This document shows positions 1-8,101 of a stretch of DNA of 32,000 bases, piece by piece. The DNA is taken from the NCBI GenBank assembly GCA_934149365.1, contig CAKPEI010000005.1:74057-106056 (forward strand), read 5' to 3'. The position numbers and the translations under genes were made by a program. Origin of the DNA: an uncultured Clostridia bacterium. GTDB taxonomy: Bacteria; Bacillota; Clostridia; TANB77; CAG-465. The stretch's first letter is position 1. Every line of letters begins with the position of its first letter. The notes below the pieces were generated by a model. It did no database searches and was not told the DNA's origin. It saw only the letters and a program-made list of their open reading frames with translations.

Positions 1-163
1 GTCCACCTGCTCTTGGTATTGGCTTTTTATGAACCCTACGATTATCTTTCTTTGGATTATCTATAATTCCTTTTTTAACAGCAAATTTAATTGCTAGCGG
101 TACTGTAAAGTAGCAAGACAAAAATGCTACTATTAAAACCACTCCATAAACATATATACTCAT
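1..163 (-). CDS. Glycosyltransferase family 4 (WecA/TagO/MraY-like polyprenyl-phosphate sugar-phosphate transferase), N-terminal fragment running off the left edge
   Basis: Hand translation of the minus strand from ATG at 163-161 gives MSIYVYGVVLIVAFLSCYFTVPLAIKFAVKKGIIDNPKKDNRRVHKKPIPRAGG. This is an N-terminal TM helix followed by the R-x-H-K-x-P-x-P-R-x-GG motif typical of this family. It is truncated, so it is absent from the ORF track. Confidence 0.55.
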   Translation of the reverse strand, partial: MSIYVYGVVLIVAFLSCYFTVPLAIKFAVKKGIIDNPKKDNRRVHKKPIPRAGG

Positions 164-164
164 A

Positions 165-614
165 CTAATTACCTTCTTCTACTCTTTTAATTTTTTCTAA
201 ACGTCTTACATGTCTTTCTTCCTTAGAAAATTCAGTATCTAAAAATGTTTTAACTATACTTTCAAGTAACTCATTATTTTGAGCTACTGATGTCCTTCCA
301 CCTAAGCATAACATATTAGCATCATTGTGAAGTCTTGTGAATTTAGCTGTATATTCATCGTAACAAATGGCAGCCCTTACTCCTTTATATTTATTAGCCA
401 TTATACTACTACCGATTCCAGTTCCACAAACCATTATAGCCTTATCAGAATCAACATTCATTTTTTTACAAATAGTCTCAACCACATCAGTATAGTCATC
501 ATCTGTTAAAAATTCAGGTGAAACATCTATATAAGCATAATTCCACTCATCAAGCATTTTTTTTATTTTTTCTTTTAATTCATAACCTGCATGGTCTGAA
601 CCCAATATAATCAT
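165..614 (-). CDS. rpiB: Ribose-5-phosphate isomerase B (RpiB/LacAB family)
   Basis: 149 aa. Contains MIILGSDHAGYELK, CGTGIGSSIMANK and RLHNDANMLCLGGR, which are family hallmarks. It overlaps the upstream phosphatase gene by 4 nt, the ywlE-ywlF type arrangement of Bacillus. Confidence 0.9.
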   Translation of the reverse strand: MIILGSDHAGYELKEKIKKMLDEWNYAYIDVSPEFLTDDDYTDVVETICKKMNVDSDKAIMVCGTGIGSSIMANKYKGVRAAICYDEYTAKFTRLHNDANMLCLGGRTSVAQNNELLESIVKTFLDTEFSKEERHVRRLEKIKRVEEGN

Positions 615-1081
615 TTATTTTCACCTCTTAATAATTTCTCTACTAGTTTGTCCACATAATAAACAATTTCTTTAGAACAATTTTCATACACTTCCAAGCC
701 AAATCCCCATGGGTCATCTATATCTAGGTATTCCTTTTCACCGACGAATTCTTTCAAAGTGAATACCTTTTCCTCTAAATTTGGATATCTATTAAGTATT
801 TTTCTTTTATGTGCCTGAGTCATACATATAACCAAATCTGCTTCTTTAATATCTGATTCTTCTATATATGTTGCTCTATGGTTTTCCATATTCACTCCAT
901 ATTTTTTCATGACTAAGGTCGCAAACTCTGTAGCTCTATCTCCAGTATATGCACTCAAACCAGCAGACTCTATTATATAATCATTTTCTTTTTTTTCATC
1001 AATCATTCTTTTTTGCATATAGTGATGCGCCATAGCACTTCTACAAATATTACCTGTACAAACAAATATAATTTTCTTCAT
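611..1081 (-). CDS. Low-molecular-weight protein phosphatase (LMW-PTP; YwlE-like Tyr/Arg phosphatase)
   Basis: 156 aa. N-terminal P-loop VCTGNICRS (CX5R-S), a C-terminal DPWG-type Asp loop, and a position upstream of rpiB. Confidence 0.85.
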   Translation of the reverse strand: MKKIIFVCTGNICRSAMAHHYMQKRMIDEKKENDYIIESAGLSAYTGDRATEFATLVMKKYGVNMENHRATYIEESDIKEADLVICMTQAHKRKILNRYPNLEEKVFTLKEFVGEKEYLDIDDPWGFGLEVYENCSKEIVYYVDKLVEKLLRGENK

Positions 1082-1135
1082 TTTTTTCTCCTTTTGTACT
1101 AAGTAATAGTATCACAAAAAGCCCTTAAAGTCAAT

Positions 1136-1825
1136 CTATATGTTACATATTAGGCACCCTAGTATAAAGCCAAAAATATACACAATTCCTACTTTATTAT
1201 TTTTATTCTCTGTTTGCATTTCAGGTATTAATTCACAAGATAAAATATATAACATAGCTCCTGCAGAAATTGCAAGACTAGGAGTAGTATAATTACTGCT
1301 AAGCCCTCCCATAGTGTTTCCCACTATTGCACCAATTGTTAAAAATAATCCTATTAATGCGCAAGATATAATTGTTTTTCTTTTTCCTTTATTTTCTTTT
1401 TTAATCATGCTACCTATTATCATTCCTTCTGGTATATTATGTACAGAAATAGCAAAAAGTAATGATATTCCCAAAGTAAATGATATTCTAAAAGCGGCAC
1501 CTACAGCCATTCCTTCGGCTATATTATGTGCCGACATAATACTAGTTATTACCGTAGCTTGACTGTTTTTTGTCTTTCTTTCTACTAAACAATTTAATAT
1601 CATTGAAAAGGCCACTCCTACTACTATAAATAATATAACATTAATTTTTGTATCTAATTTAAAAGCTTCCATAAGTAATTCAAAACAAATTATTGCAGTT
1701 GTTATTCCAGCAGTAAATGGTATTATAATATCGTTTTTGCTTTCTTTTCTTTTAAAATAGCCAATTAATGCACCAATTTCATTACTTATAGTTCCAATTA
1801 AAAATACAATTATAACAAATTTCAC
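1136..1825 (-). CDS. ZIP-family divalent metal (zinc) transporter, ZupT-like
   Basis: Multi-TM protein with the paired motifs HNIAEGMAVG and HNIPEGMIIG. The track ORF extends to 1858, but a GTG at 1825 preceded by GAGGTG at 7-nt spacing is the better start. The start is uncertain. Confidence 0.75.
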   Translation of the reverse strand: MKFVIIVFLIGTISNEIGALIGYFKRKESKNDIIIPFTAGITTAIICFELLMEAFKLDTKINVILFIVVGVAFSMILNCLVERKTKNSQATVITSIMSAHNIAEGMAVGAAFRISFTLGISLLFAISVHNIPEGMIIGSMIKKENKGKRKTIISCALIGLFLTIGAIVGNTMGGLSSNYTTPSLAISAGAMLYILSCELIPEMQTENKNNKVGIVYIFGFILGCLICNI

Positions 1826-1872
1826 TCTATTACACCTCATACAATTATATGTATGCACATAATTTTTATAGC

Positions 1873-1903
1873 AAAAAAATGGCGGTTAGATTTACTAACC
1901 GCC
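1873..1903 (-). terminator. Rho-independent terminator of the SLH/Big_2 gene
   Basis: Minus-strand GGCGGTTAG-taaat-CTAACCGCC followed by a T7 run, immediately after the stop codon at 1913. Confidence 0.7.
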
Positions 1904-1912
1904 TAGAAAATG

Positions 1913-4015
1913 TTATTCTTCACCAGAATTGATAAATATAACAATTTCATTTGATTCTTCCGAAACGTTTCCGGCAGAATCTATTGCTGCACCTCCAGCT
2001 ATACATATACACTGTGATGCTACTTCAACACCCATAAGTGTAATTCTGTACTCAGTCGCAGACAATTTTTCAATTTTAGTAGGACTAAGTGAACCGGTCA
2101 TACCAATAATGCTGTTAACACCTATATTGAAAGATTGCAGACTTGTTTCGTCAGAAGCTCTTGCAATGATAGTTATAGTTTCACCTATCTTAACATTTGT
2201 AGCTCCTTCCAAAGTTACAACCGGTGGAGTTGTATCTCCGCTTGGAATGGTTCCCTGATCTGTAACAGTAACAGGTATTGTGCATACTACGTTTCCTGTT
2301 GATTCAGCTATTCCACGTATATTTGTATTACCAACTCCTACTGCAATTATTCTAATAGAGTTATTAGAAATCTTTTCAACACGTGCCACATTCTCATTGT
2401 CGCTAGTCCAATTGATGTTCTTATTCACAGCATTTGCAGGATAAATCGTTATGCTCACGTTCTGTGAATTGCCTACCTTAAGAGATACTGAACTTGGATT
2501 TGCAACTGCAGATGTTATATTTGTTTCACCCTGCGAGCCATCTTGTACAATTACTTTAACGCTTTCCTGCTCTCCTGAACCATCCATAGCTTTAATGTAT
2601 ATATAGGTAGTACCGATGTTATTACCTGTAATTGTAGCATAGGAATAGTTCCCAGAAGTGTACACATTGGACGGGTAAGCTATATTAGAATCGTTTGATG
2701 TCCACTTCAGGTTCTTGTTATACGCTCCTGAAGGCCTGATTCTAGCATTTATCTGTCTGCTTTCGCCACGCTGTAAATATATTGTACTTTCCGACGGAGT
2801 TATTGAGGTTATATAACCATCATCATAATCATTGTCATCATTATACCTATTTACTTTAACTTTGACTGTAACAGATTTGCCAGAACCATCCATAGCCCGT
2901 CCTGTAAGTGTAATATAGTTACTACTGTACCTTCTACCATAGATAGTAACGTACGCTGTTCCTGCTGATGAATTCCAAGATTCTTCAATACTTACGTAAT
3001 TTGTGTTAGATGAAGACCAATTGAGTTTCTGATATTCAGCATTTGAAGGATATACACTTACTTTTATGTTTCTTGTCTCACCCTCATTGATACTTACAGT
3101 ACTTGGAGAAGCTGAAAGTCTTGTTACCTTTATGCCGTTTGGTGTACCATAATCTTCGTCAATATTCTTTCCGAATTTAACCTTAAATGTCTGTGACATA
3201 GCATAAGCAATATCAGAACGTTTAAGTCCTTGGTAACCTACACAGCAATCAAGTATCTTCCAAATTTGCTCTATTGTAAGCTTACCCTCAGTATCAAAGT
3301 AACCATTACCAACGCCTACCAGAACGCCATTTGATGCTGCCGTTATAATGTCTTGCTGCGCCCAATGTCCATAGACATCGTTGAACATATAATTATTATA
3401 ATATGAATTATAGTTATTATTATAATAATTGTTATATCCATCGTATCCGTACTGACTATAACCCACACCCATGTTGAAATAAATTCTGTTGAACCTGCTG
3501 TATATTGCCGCCATCTCTGCTCTGTTTAAAAGCTGTGAAAAGCGCATTGTACCGTCATCATATCCAACAAGTATACCGTTTGACCACAAAACATTAACCT
3601 CTGACTGTGCATAAGGATTTACTGAATTGTAATCATAAAAAGGTGGCTGACCATATCCAGAAGTTAATCTGCTATATCCTTGTCTTTGAAGTGACCGCTG
3701 TACTGCTCTCAAAAAGAGTAAAAAAGCTTCACCTCTTGCAACTTGCCTCTGCGGCTGCTCATACCAAGTTGGGTCATACGCAACCTTTAAATTTTCTGCC
3801 CAGGAGCTCATGTAATAATTACCGTAGTAGGTATTTCTGTAATTATAGTTATAATAATCTTCACCATAATAACCAGAATAGTTTGAGTCGTCATAATAGC
3901 CGCTGTAATTATAACCGCCTGAACTTCTTGTAGGATCATAACTTGCCAGTGCAGGCACGGCCATAGATATAATCATAGCCATAGCAAGCACTATTGAAAA
4001 AATTCTCCGTTTCAT
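1913..4015 (-). CDS. Secreted cell-surface protein: signal peptide, SLH-like repeats separated by Tyr/Asn-rich segments, three clear (possibly four) Big_2 Ig-like domains, and a C-terminal beta-rich domain
   Basis: 700 aa. Signal peptide MKRRIFSIVLAMAMIISMAVPALA. SLH-like segments include FNDVYGHWAQQDIITAASNGVLVGVGNGYF and NPYAQSEVNVLWSNGILVGYDDGTMRF. Repeated Big_2-like units carry PxxVxLxxGxxxxIxxxIxPxNAxNKNLxWxSxN. RBS AAGGAGG lies 8 nt from the ATG. Confidence 0.8.
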   Translation of the reverse strand: MKRRIFSIVLAMAMIISMAVPALASYDPTRSSGGYNYSGYYDDSNYSGYYGEDYYNYNYRNTYYGNYYMSSWAENLKVAYDPTWYEQPQRQVARGEAFLLFLRAVQRSLQRQGYSRLTSGYGQPPFYDYNSVNPYAQSEVNVLWSNGILVGYDDGTMRFSQLLNRAEMAAIYSRFNRIYFNMGVGYSQYGYDGYNNYYNNNYNSYYNNYMFNDVYGHWAQQDIITAASNGVLVGVGNGYFDTEGKLTIEQIWKILDCCVGYQGLKRSDIAYAMSQTFKVKFGKNIDEDYGTPNGIKVTRLSASPSTVSINEGETRNIKVSVYPSNAEYQKLNWSSSNTNYVSIEESWNSSAGTAYVTIYGRRYSSNYITLTGRAMDGSGKSVTVKVKVNRYNDDNDYDDGYITSITPSESTIYLQRGESRQINARIRPSGAYNKNLKWTSNDSNIAYPSNVYTSGNYSYATITGNNIGTTYIYIKAMDGSGEQESVKVIVQDGSQGETNITSAVANPSSVSLKVGNSQNVSITIYPANAVNKNINWTSDNENVARVEKISNNSIRIIAVGVGNTNIRGIAESTGNVVCTIPVTVTDQGTIPSGDTTPPVVTLEGATNVKIGETITIIARASDETSLQSFNIGVNSIIGMTGSLSPTKIEKLSATEYRITLMGVEVASQCICIAGGAAIDSAGNVSEESNEIVIFINSGEE

Positions 4016-4139
4016 AATATTGTCCTCCTTATAAATTTAAAATTATTGTGTGTATTATAAAAATGGTTTCCCATTATATTTTTTGTACACCTCCTGTAAA
4101 AAAAATTATCTTTTTACCTACTACACAACTCACGCTATT

Positions 4140-4168
4140 ATTATACTATATTAACGCGACATTGTCAA
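4140..4168 (-). promoter_or_regulatory. Consensus sigma-A promoter of the SLH/Big_2 gene
   Basis: Minus-strand TTGACA (4168-4163), a 17-nt spacer, then TATAAT (4145-4140). This predicts a 5' UTR of roughly 120 nt. Confidence 0.6.
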
Positions 4169-4181
4169 TATTTATGTAAAC

Positions 4182-4207
4182 GTCAAAAGCAGACATAAGT
4201 CTGCTTT
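4182..4207 (-). terminator. Probable terminator downstream of the SDR gene
   Basis: AAAGCAGAC-ttat-GTCTGCTTT hairpin directly after the stop at 4211. The T-tract is short. Confidence 0.45.
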
Positions 4208-4210
4208 ATG

Positions 4211-4966
4211 TTATATATTTCCTTTTTTCCTTTGAACATGATAAGCAACTTCTTCCAATATTTTGTCGCTTACCAATTTTCTTGATACTTTAACCAGTCT
4301 TTCACTTATTCCAGGACAAATTATTTCTTTATTCTTAAACATTCCATCAACTGCTTTTTTAGCGGCAAATTCACTTGATTTAGACTTTAAATTAAATTTA
4401 ACATTTGCCACATTATTAAAGTTAGTTTTTACTGGCCCGGGACAACATACACTTATATGCACATTATTACCTGATTTTTTTAACTCTTTATTTATTCCTT
4501 GTGTCATTCTAAGTACATACGATTTAGTCGCATAGTATTCTGTCATCAAAGGCCCCGGCATAAAACCAGCTATTGATCCTATATTTAAAATATGGCCCTG
4601 ATTTCTTTTTTTCATATCTTTTAAGAATAAATATGTTAAAATATGTACTGCTTTTACATTTACATCTATCATTTTCATTTGAAAATCAAAATCAATTTCA
4701 TCAAATCTACCAAAAGCTCCAAACCCTGCATTATTTACTAATACATCTACTTTTTCGTTTTTCACATTATCATAGAATTTCATTATTTCATCTTCATTTG
4801 ATAAGTCAACTAAAAAAATATCAACATTAGTTTCACATTCTTTTTTAAGCATTTTTAATTTCCCTTCATCTCGTGCTACTGCTATAATTTCATAACCTTT
4901 TTTACTCAAATATTTTGATATTTCATAGCCTATACCTGAAGATGCCCCTGTAACAATTGCTTTCAT
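4211..4966 (-). CDS. Short-chain dehydrogenase/reductase (classical SDR) of unknown substrate
   Basis: Contains TGASSGIG (TGxxxGxG), NNAG and YxxxK (YYATK). Start placed at MKAIVTG (ATG 4966) because GGAGGA lies 5 nt upstream. The track ORF starts 11 codons earlier. Confidence 0.85.
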   Translation of the reverse strand: MKAIVTGASSGIGYEISKYLSKKGYEIIAVARDEGKLKMLKKECETNVDIFLVDLSNEDEIMKFYDNVKNEKVDVLVNNAGFGAFGRFDEIDFDFQMKMIDVNVKAVHILTYLFLKDMKKRNQGHILNIGSIAGFMPGPLMTEYYATKSYVLRMTQGINKELKKSGNNVHISVCCPGPVKTNFNNVANVKFNLKSKSSEFAAKKAVDGMFKNKEIICPGISERLVKVSRKLVSDKILEEVAYHVQRKKGNI

Positions 4967-5061
4967 GTTTCCTCCTAATTTTTTCAAATTTTCTCTCATA
5001 ATTCTTTTAGTATCTTTCTTTATTTTTAATTACTTTGCTCTACTGTACAACCGGTAATATA

Positions 5062-6216
5062 TTAAGAATAATCTCCGGATTTATTCTTAATATTTTCTTT
5101 TTCCAAAATATTATCATTCATGTGTTTTATAATGTAATCACAAATATGACTTGCAGAGTATCTGTCTATATTTTTACGTTGACAATTAATCATATATTCT
5201 TTAGCATCATTATCATTTAAAAGTTTTTTAGTCGCAGAAACAATTTCATCTACAGTTTCACATTTTATACTCATACCTTTACTTTCAAAAAAATCAGCAT
5301 TTTTTGTTTCACACCCTGGTATTGGCATTGTATGTATCAATGGAATATTTGCTGTACATATTTCTGTTGTACTTAATCCTCCAGGTTTAGATAATACAAC
5401 TTCACATATACGAATATACTTGTATATCTCTTTAGTAAAAGGAAGTGCTATTATTCTACCTTTAGTATAGTTTATTTCTATTTTTTTAACCATTTCTGTA
5501 TTGTTTCCACACGCTGCAATTATACAATACTTGCCATCTAAACTTTTATCTAGTTTATATATTATTTCTTCTATTTTTCCAAATCCCATGCTTCCTGACA
5601 TTACTAATATATATTTTTTATTATCATTTAATTTTAATTCATTAATTATTCCTTTTCTATCTATTTTTCTTGAATAATTATCAGACACAGGAATTCCCAT
5701 AGGAATCAATTTATTTTTATCTATTCCTCTTTGTACAAAATTATCAATCAAATCCTTATGTGGTATTATAAAATAATCTGGACACACCTCTTTCCAAAAA
5801 GGAATACTTTCATAATCGGTTGCTATAGCAACAAACCCAATATCACACTTTTTTCTAAGTGCAGTAAGTGCTTGTGCAGGAAACAAATGAGTAGCCACAA
5901 CATAGTCGTATTCATTCTCTATAATATATTTATACAATTTTTTCTTTGTTATACTATTTAAACTATATACTGGTGATATTAAATTAGTTCTGTCATACAA
6001 TTCACCCAATTTATACACACACTTAAAACACATACCATTATTAGTAGTTGCTTTTATATAAGCATTATTTATAATCTTAGCCATTCTAATATTAAATATA
6101 TCTAGGAATTCTTTAACATCACAATCTATATTCCTCATATCAAATTGTTCTTTAATAGCATTCGCAGCTGCATTATGGCCTCCGCCAGTACTGCAAGATA
6201 AAATCAATATTTTCAT
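5062..6216 (-). CDS. Diacylglycerol glycosyltransferase (MGDG-synthase / UgtP-like, GT28)
   Basis: 384 aa. The N-terminus MKILILSCSTGGGHNAAANAI is typical of the MGDG_synth family, and the C-terminal half has GT-B fold features (SKPGGLSTTE). Confidence 0.75.
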   Translation of the reverse strand: MKILILSCSTGGGHNAAANAIKEQFDMRNIDCDVKEFLDIFNIRMAKIINNAYIKATTNNGMCFKCVYKLGELYDRTNLISPVYSLNSITKKKLYKYIIENEYDYVVATHLFPAQALTALRKKCDIGFVAIATDYESIPFWKEVCPDYFIIPHKDLIDNFVQRGIDKNKLIPMGIPVSDNYSRKIDRKGIINELKLNDNKKYILVMSGSMGFGKIEEIIYKLDKSLDGKYCIIAACGNNTEMVKKIEINYTKGRIIALPFTKEIYKYIRICEVVLSKPGGLSTTEICTANIPLIHTMPIPGCETKNADFFESKGMSIKCETVDEIVSATKKLLNDNDAKEYMINCQRKNIDRYSASHICDYIIKHMNDNILEKENIKNKSGDYS

Positions 6217-6302
6217 AAATTTTTATATGACTTAATAACAACGTCATATCTCCTTATATAATATATATTACACTATTTTTCAATATTGTAAACATTTTGT
6301 AT

Positions 6303-6349
6303 AAAAAAAAAAAAAAAAATAAAGTACATAACCTAATGTTACGTACTTC
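6303..6349 (-). terminator. Terminator of tRNA-Ser(GCU) with an unusually long T-tract
   Basis: Minus-strand AAGTAC-loop-GTACTT hairpin followed by T17 (A17 on the plus strand, 6303-6319). Confidence 0.6.
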
Positions 6350-6355
6350 ATATGC

Positions 6356-6448
6356 TGGCGGAGAGTGGGGGATTCGAACCCCCGCTGCCCGTAATTGGAC
6401 ACTAACTGTTTAGCAAACAGTCCCCTTCGGCCTCTTGGGTAACTCTCC
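6356..6448 (-). tRNA. tRNA-Ser (anticodon GCU), class II, CCA encoded
   Basis: The reverse complement folds by hand. Acceptor stem GGAGAGT/ACTCTCC, anticodon stem ACTGT/ACAGT with loop TTGCTAA, long variable arm (UGUCC/GGGCA), T-arm GGGGG-TTCGAAT-CCCCC, then G-CCA. Confidence 0.9.
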
Positions 6449-6461
6449 GAATATATTTAAT

Positions 6462-6489
6462 ATTATATACTAAAATGCCTGGATGTCAA
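6462..6489 (-). promoter_or_regulatory. Sigma-A promoter for tRNA-Ser(GCU)
   Basis: Minus-strand TTGACA (6489-6484), a 16-nt spacer, then TATAAT (6467-6462), about 14 nt upstream of the mature 5' end. Confidence 0.6.
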
Positions 6490-6500
6490 CATATTATTAA

Positions 6501-6533
6501 TAAAAATAGAAAGAAGTTTTTTCTTCTTTCTAT
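6501..6533 (-). terminator. Terminator of tRNA-Ser(UGA); symmetric, potentially bidirectional
   Basis: ATAGAAAGAAG-loop-CTTCTTTCTAT 11-bp stem flanked by A/T runs. Confidence 0.6.
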
Positions 6534-6540
6534 TTTATAC

Positions 6541-6629
6541 TGGCGGAAGAGGTAGGATTCGAACCCACGGTGCCTTTCGACATCACCAGTTTTCAAGACT
6601 GGCTCCTTAAACCACTCGGACACTCTTCC
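6541..6629 (-). tRNA. tRNA-Ser (anticodon UGA), class II, CCA encoded
   Basis: In the reverse complement: acceptor GGAAGAG/CTCTTCC, anticodon stem CCAGT/ACTGG with loop CTTGAAA, long variable arm, T-loop TTCGAAT, then G-CCA. Confidence 0.9.
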
Positions 6630-6649
6630 AAATGTCAAACAGTAAATTA

Positions 6650-6677
6650 ATTATAACACATATATATAATTTGTCAA
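6650..6677 (-). promoter_or_regulatory. Sigma-A promoter for tRNA-Ser(UGA)
   Basis: Minus-strand TTGACA (6677-6672), a 16-nt spacer, then TATAAT (6655-6650). Confidence 0.55.
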
Positions 6678-6707
6678 TACTCAGAAAGAAATTTCTTCTG
6701 AGTATTG
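6675..6707 (-). terminator. Hairpin after the DUF4446 gene (end of the parAB operon)
   Basis: CAATACTCAGAA-loop-TTCTGAGTATTG 12-bp stem just past the stop at 6714. The T-tract is weak and the hairpin overlaps the -35 of the tRNA promoter. Confidence 0.45.
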
Positions 6708-6713
6708 TCACTT

Positions 6714-7202
6714 TTACATAAAACTCTTATGTTTTAAAGCTTTATTTAGAGCTTTATTTTCTTCATCAGTTAATTCTCCATCATACTCGCCTTTACTTAT
6801 TTCTTTTGCATATATATTAGATCCATCTCTTGTATAAATACTATTTAGAAGGACTCCAGTGTCTTCATTATCAAGTAATGCCAAGGAAAAACTTAAACCA
6901 CTATTTCCAGAATTGTATGCATCATATTTAACCATACCAATCTTTTGTATACATTTAATCATTTTTCCATCTGTAGCTTCACTTATAATTTTTGTTTCAT
7001 TAGAAGTTTTCTCCACTTCTTCTAGTCTTTCTAATAATTTATTTATATCTTGTTCTATATTTTCATTATCGAACTTTTCCCAAATTTTTTCACTTTTCTT
7101 TTTATATTCTTTAAGTTTGATAGTTAGAAAAACTGTTGTAATAGTTAAGACAATTACTACTAGCACAGTTATTCCCAATATTACTGATAAAATAATCTCC
7201 AT
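6714..7202 (-). CDS. DUF4446-like membrane-anchored protein commonly found downstream of parB in Firmicutes
   Basis: 162 aa. N-terminal TM helix, a coiled-coil-like segment, and the C-terminal block KYDAYNSGNSGLSFSLALLDNEDTGVLLNSIYTRDGSNIYAKEI. The family assignment is from memory of this motif and context. Confidence 0.55.
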   Translation of the reverse strand: MEIILSVILGITVLVVIVLTITTVFLTIKLKEYKKKSEKIWEKFDNENIEQDINKLLERLEEVEKTSNETKIISEATDGKMIKCIQKIGMVKYDAYNSGNSGLSFSLALLDNEDTGVLLNSIYTRDGSNIYAKEISKGEYDGELTDEENKALNKALKHKSFM

Positions 7203-7213
7203 ACTATCACCTA

Positions 7214-8092
7214 TTATAGCTCAATTTTTAACTTTTCTAATATTCTTTCAAGGCCTTCATTATCATAATATTCAATTATCAACTTAGGTTTTGTTTTAGT
7301 AGCATCAATTTTTACCTTCATTCCAAAATACTCAGTTAATTTTTCTTCAACAGCTTTATATATAGTTCCTATTTTTTTAGCCACATTTTTCTTCTTAACT
7401 TTATATTTATCATTGTCGTATATTAATTTTTCAACTTCTCTTACAGTTAATTTCTTTTCTATAATTTTATCTGCCAATCTTATTTGTTCTTGTTCATCCT
7501 CAATTGCAAGTAAAGCTCTTGCTTGTCCTTCAACAAGTTTTCCGTCTAATACTTTATCTTGTATCACTGTAGGTAGTTTTAATAATCTCATCGTATTTGA
7601 AACACCTGATAAACTTTTTCCTGTAACTCTAGATACATCTGCTACATTGTATCCTTCCATATCCATAAGTTCTTTTAAAGCTTGAGCCACCTCAATGATA
7701 TTTAAATCTTCTCTTTGTATGTTTTCTATCAATGCCACTTGCTTTTTCTTAGTATCAGTATAATCTTTTATTATAACTGGAACTTTTTCAAGTCCTGCTA
7801 ATTTAGAAGCTCTCCATCTTCTTTCACCAGCTACTATAGTATAGCCACTCTCATTTTTCACAACAAGTATAGGCTGTATAACTCCATTTTCTTTTATAGA
7901 GGCTGCTAATTCTTCCAATTTTTTTTGATCAAAAACCTTTCTTGGCTGATTTAGCATAGGTTCTATATCAGAAATTTTAATTTCTACTACCTCACCTAAT
8001 TTGTTATTTTTATTTGTAACTGTTTTTACATCTTCTATATCATCAAATAGAGCATCCAAACCTCTACCCAATCCTTTAGAATTTTTAACCAT
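7214..8092 (-). CDS. parB: Chromosome partitioning protein ParB/Spo0J
   Basis: 292 aa. Contains GLGRGLDALF, the GERRWRA arginine patch and the LIENIQREDL HTH region. It sits directly downstream of parA. Confidence 0.9.
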   Translation of the reverse strand: MVKNSKGLGRGLDALFDDIEDVKTVTNKNNKLGEVVEIKISDIEPMLNQPRKVFDQKKLEELAASIKENGVIQPILVVKNESGYTIVAGERRWRASKLAGLEKVPVIIKDYTDTKKKQVALIENIQREDLNIIEVAQALKELMDMEGYNVADVSRVTGKSLSGVSNTMRLLKLPTVIQDKVLDGKLVEGQARALLAIEDEQEQIRLADKIIEKKLTVREVEKLIYDNDKYKVKKKNVAKKIGTIYKAVEEKLTEYFGMKVKIDATKTKPKLIIEYYDNEGLERILEKLKIEL

Positions 8093-8101
8093 ATTCTCCT
8101 C

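Noticed and set aside
1860-1900. Imperfect inverted repeat (TTATGTGCATACATA) upstream of the ZIP transporter, considered as a possible Zur-type operator
   Set aside because: The arms are only 5-6 bp with a mismatch in very AT-rich DNA, and there is no match to the Zur box consensus as I remember it. This is indistinguishable from chance.
4012-4074. 20-codon upstream ORF (MGNHFYNTHNNFKFIRRTIL) in the leader of the SLH/Big_2 gene. Its stop overlaps the main ATG (TTATGA) and it reads through the main SD.
   Set aside because: The nearest SD (AGGAGG, 4095-4090) is 15 nt from its ATG, which is too far for efficient initiation, and I cannot assess conservation. Termination-reinitiation coupling is possible but unsupported.
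6859-7287. 142-aa plus-strand ORF opposite the DUF4446 and parB genes. Similar antisense ORFs occur at 327-509, 1314-1562, 1929-2258, 3607-3933, 4263-4830, 5731-5961, 7413-7685, 10464-10814, 12384-13079, 14331-14798, 17396-17761, 20410-21300, 26942-27648, 28069-28335, 30628-30885 and 31245-31679.
   Set aside because: All lie inside and opposite well-supported genes, lack SD sequences and translate to hydrophobic, low-complexity strings. I treat them as non-coding.
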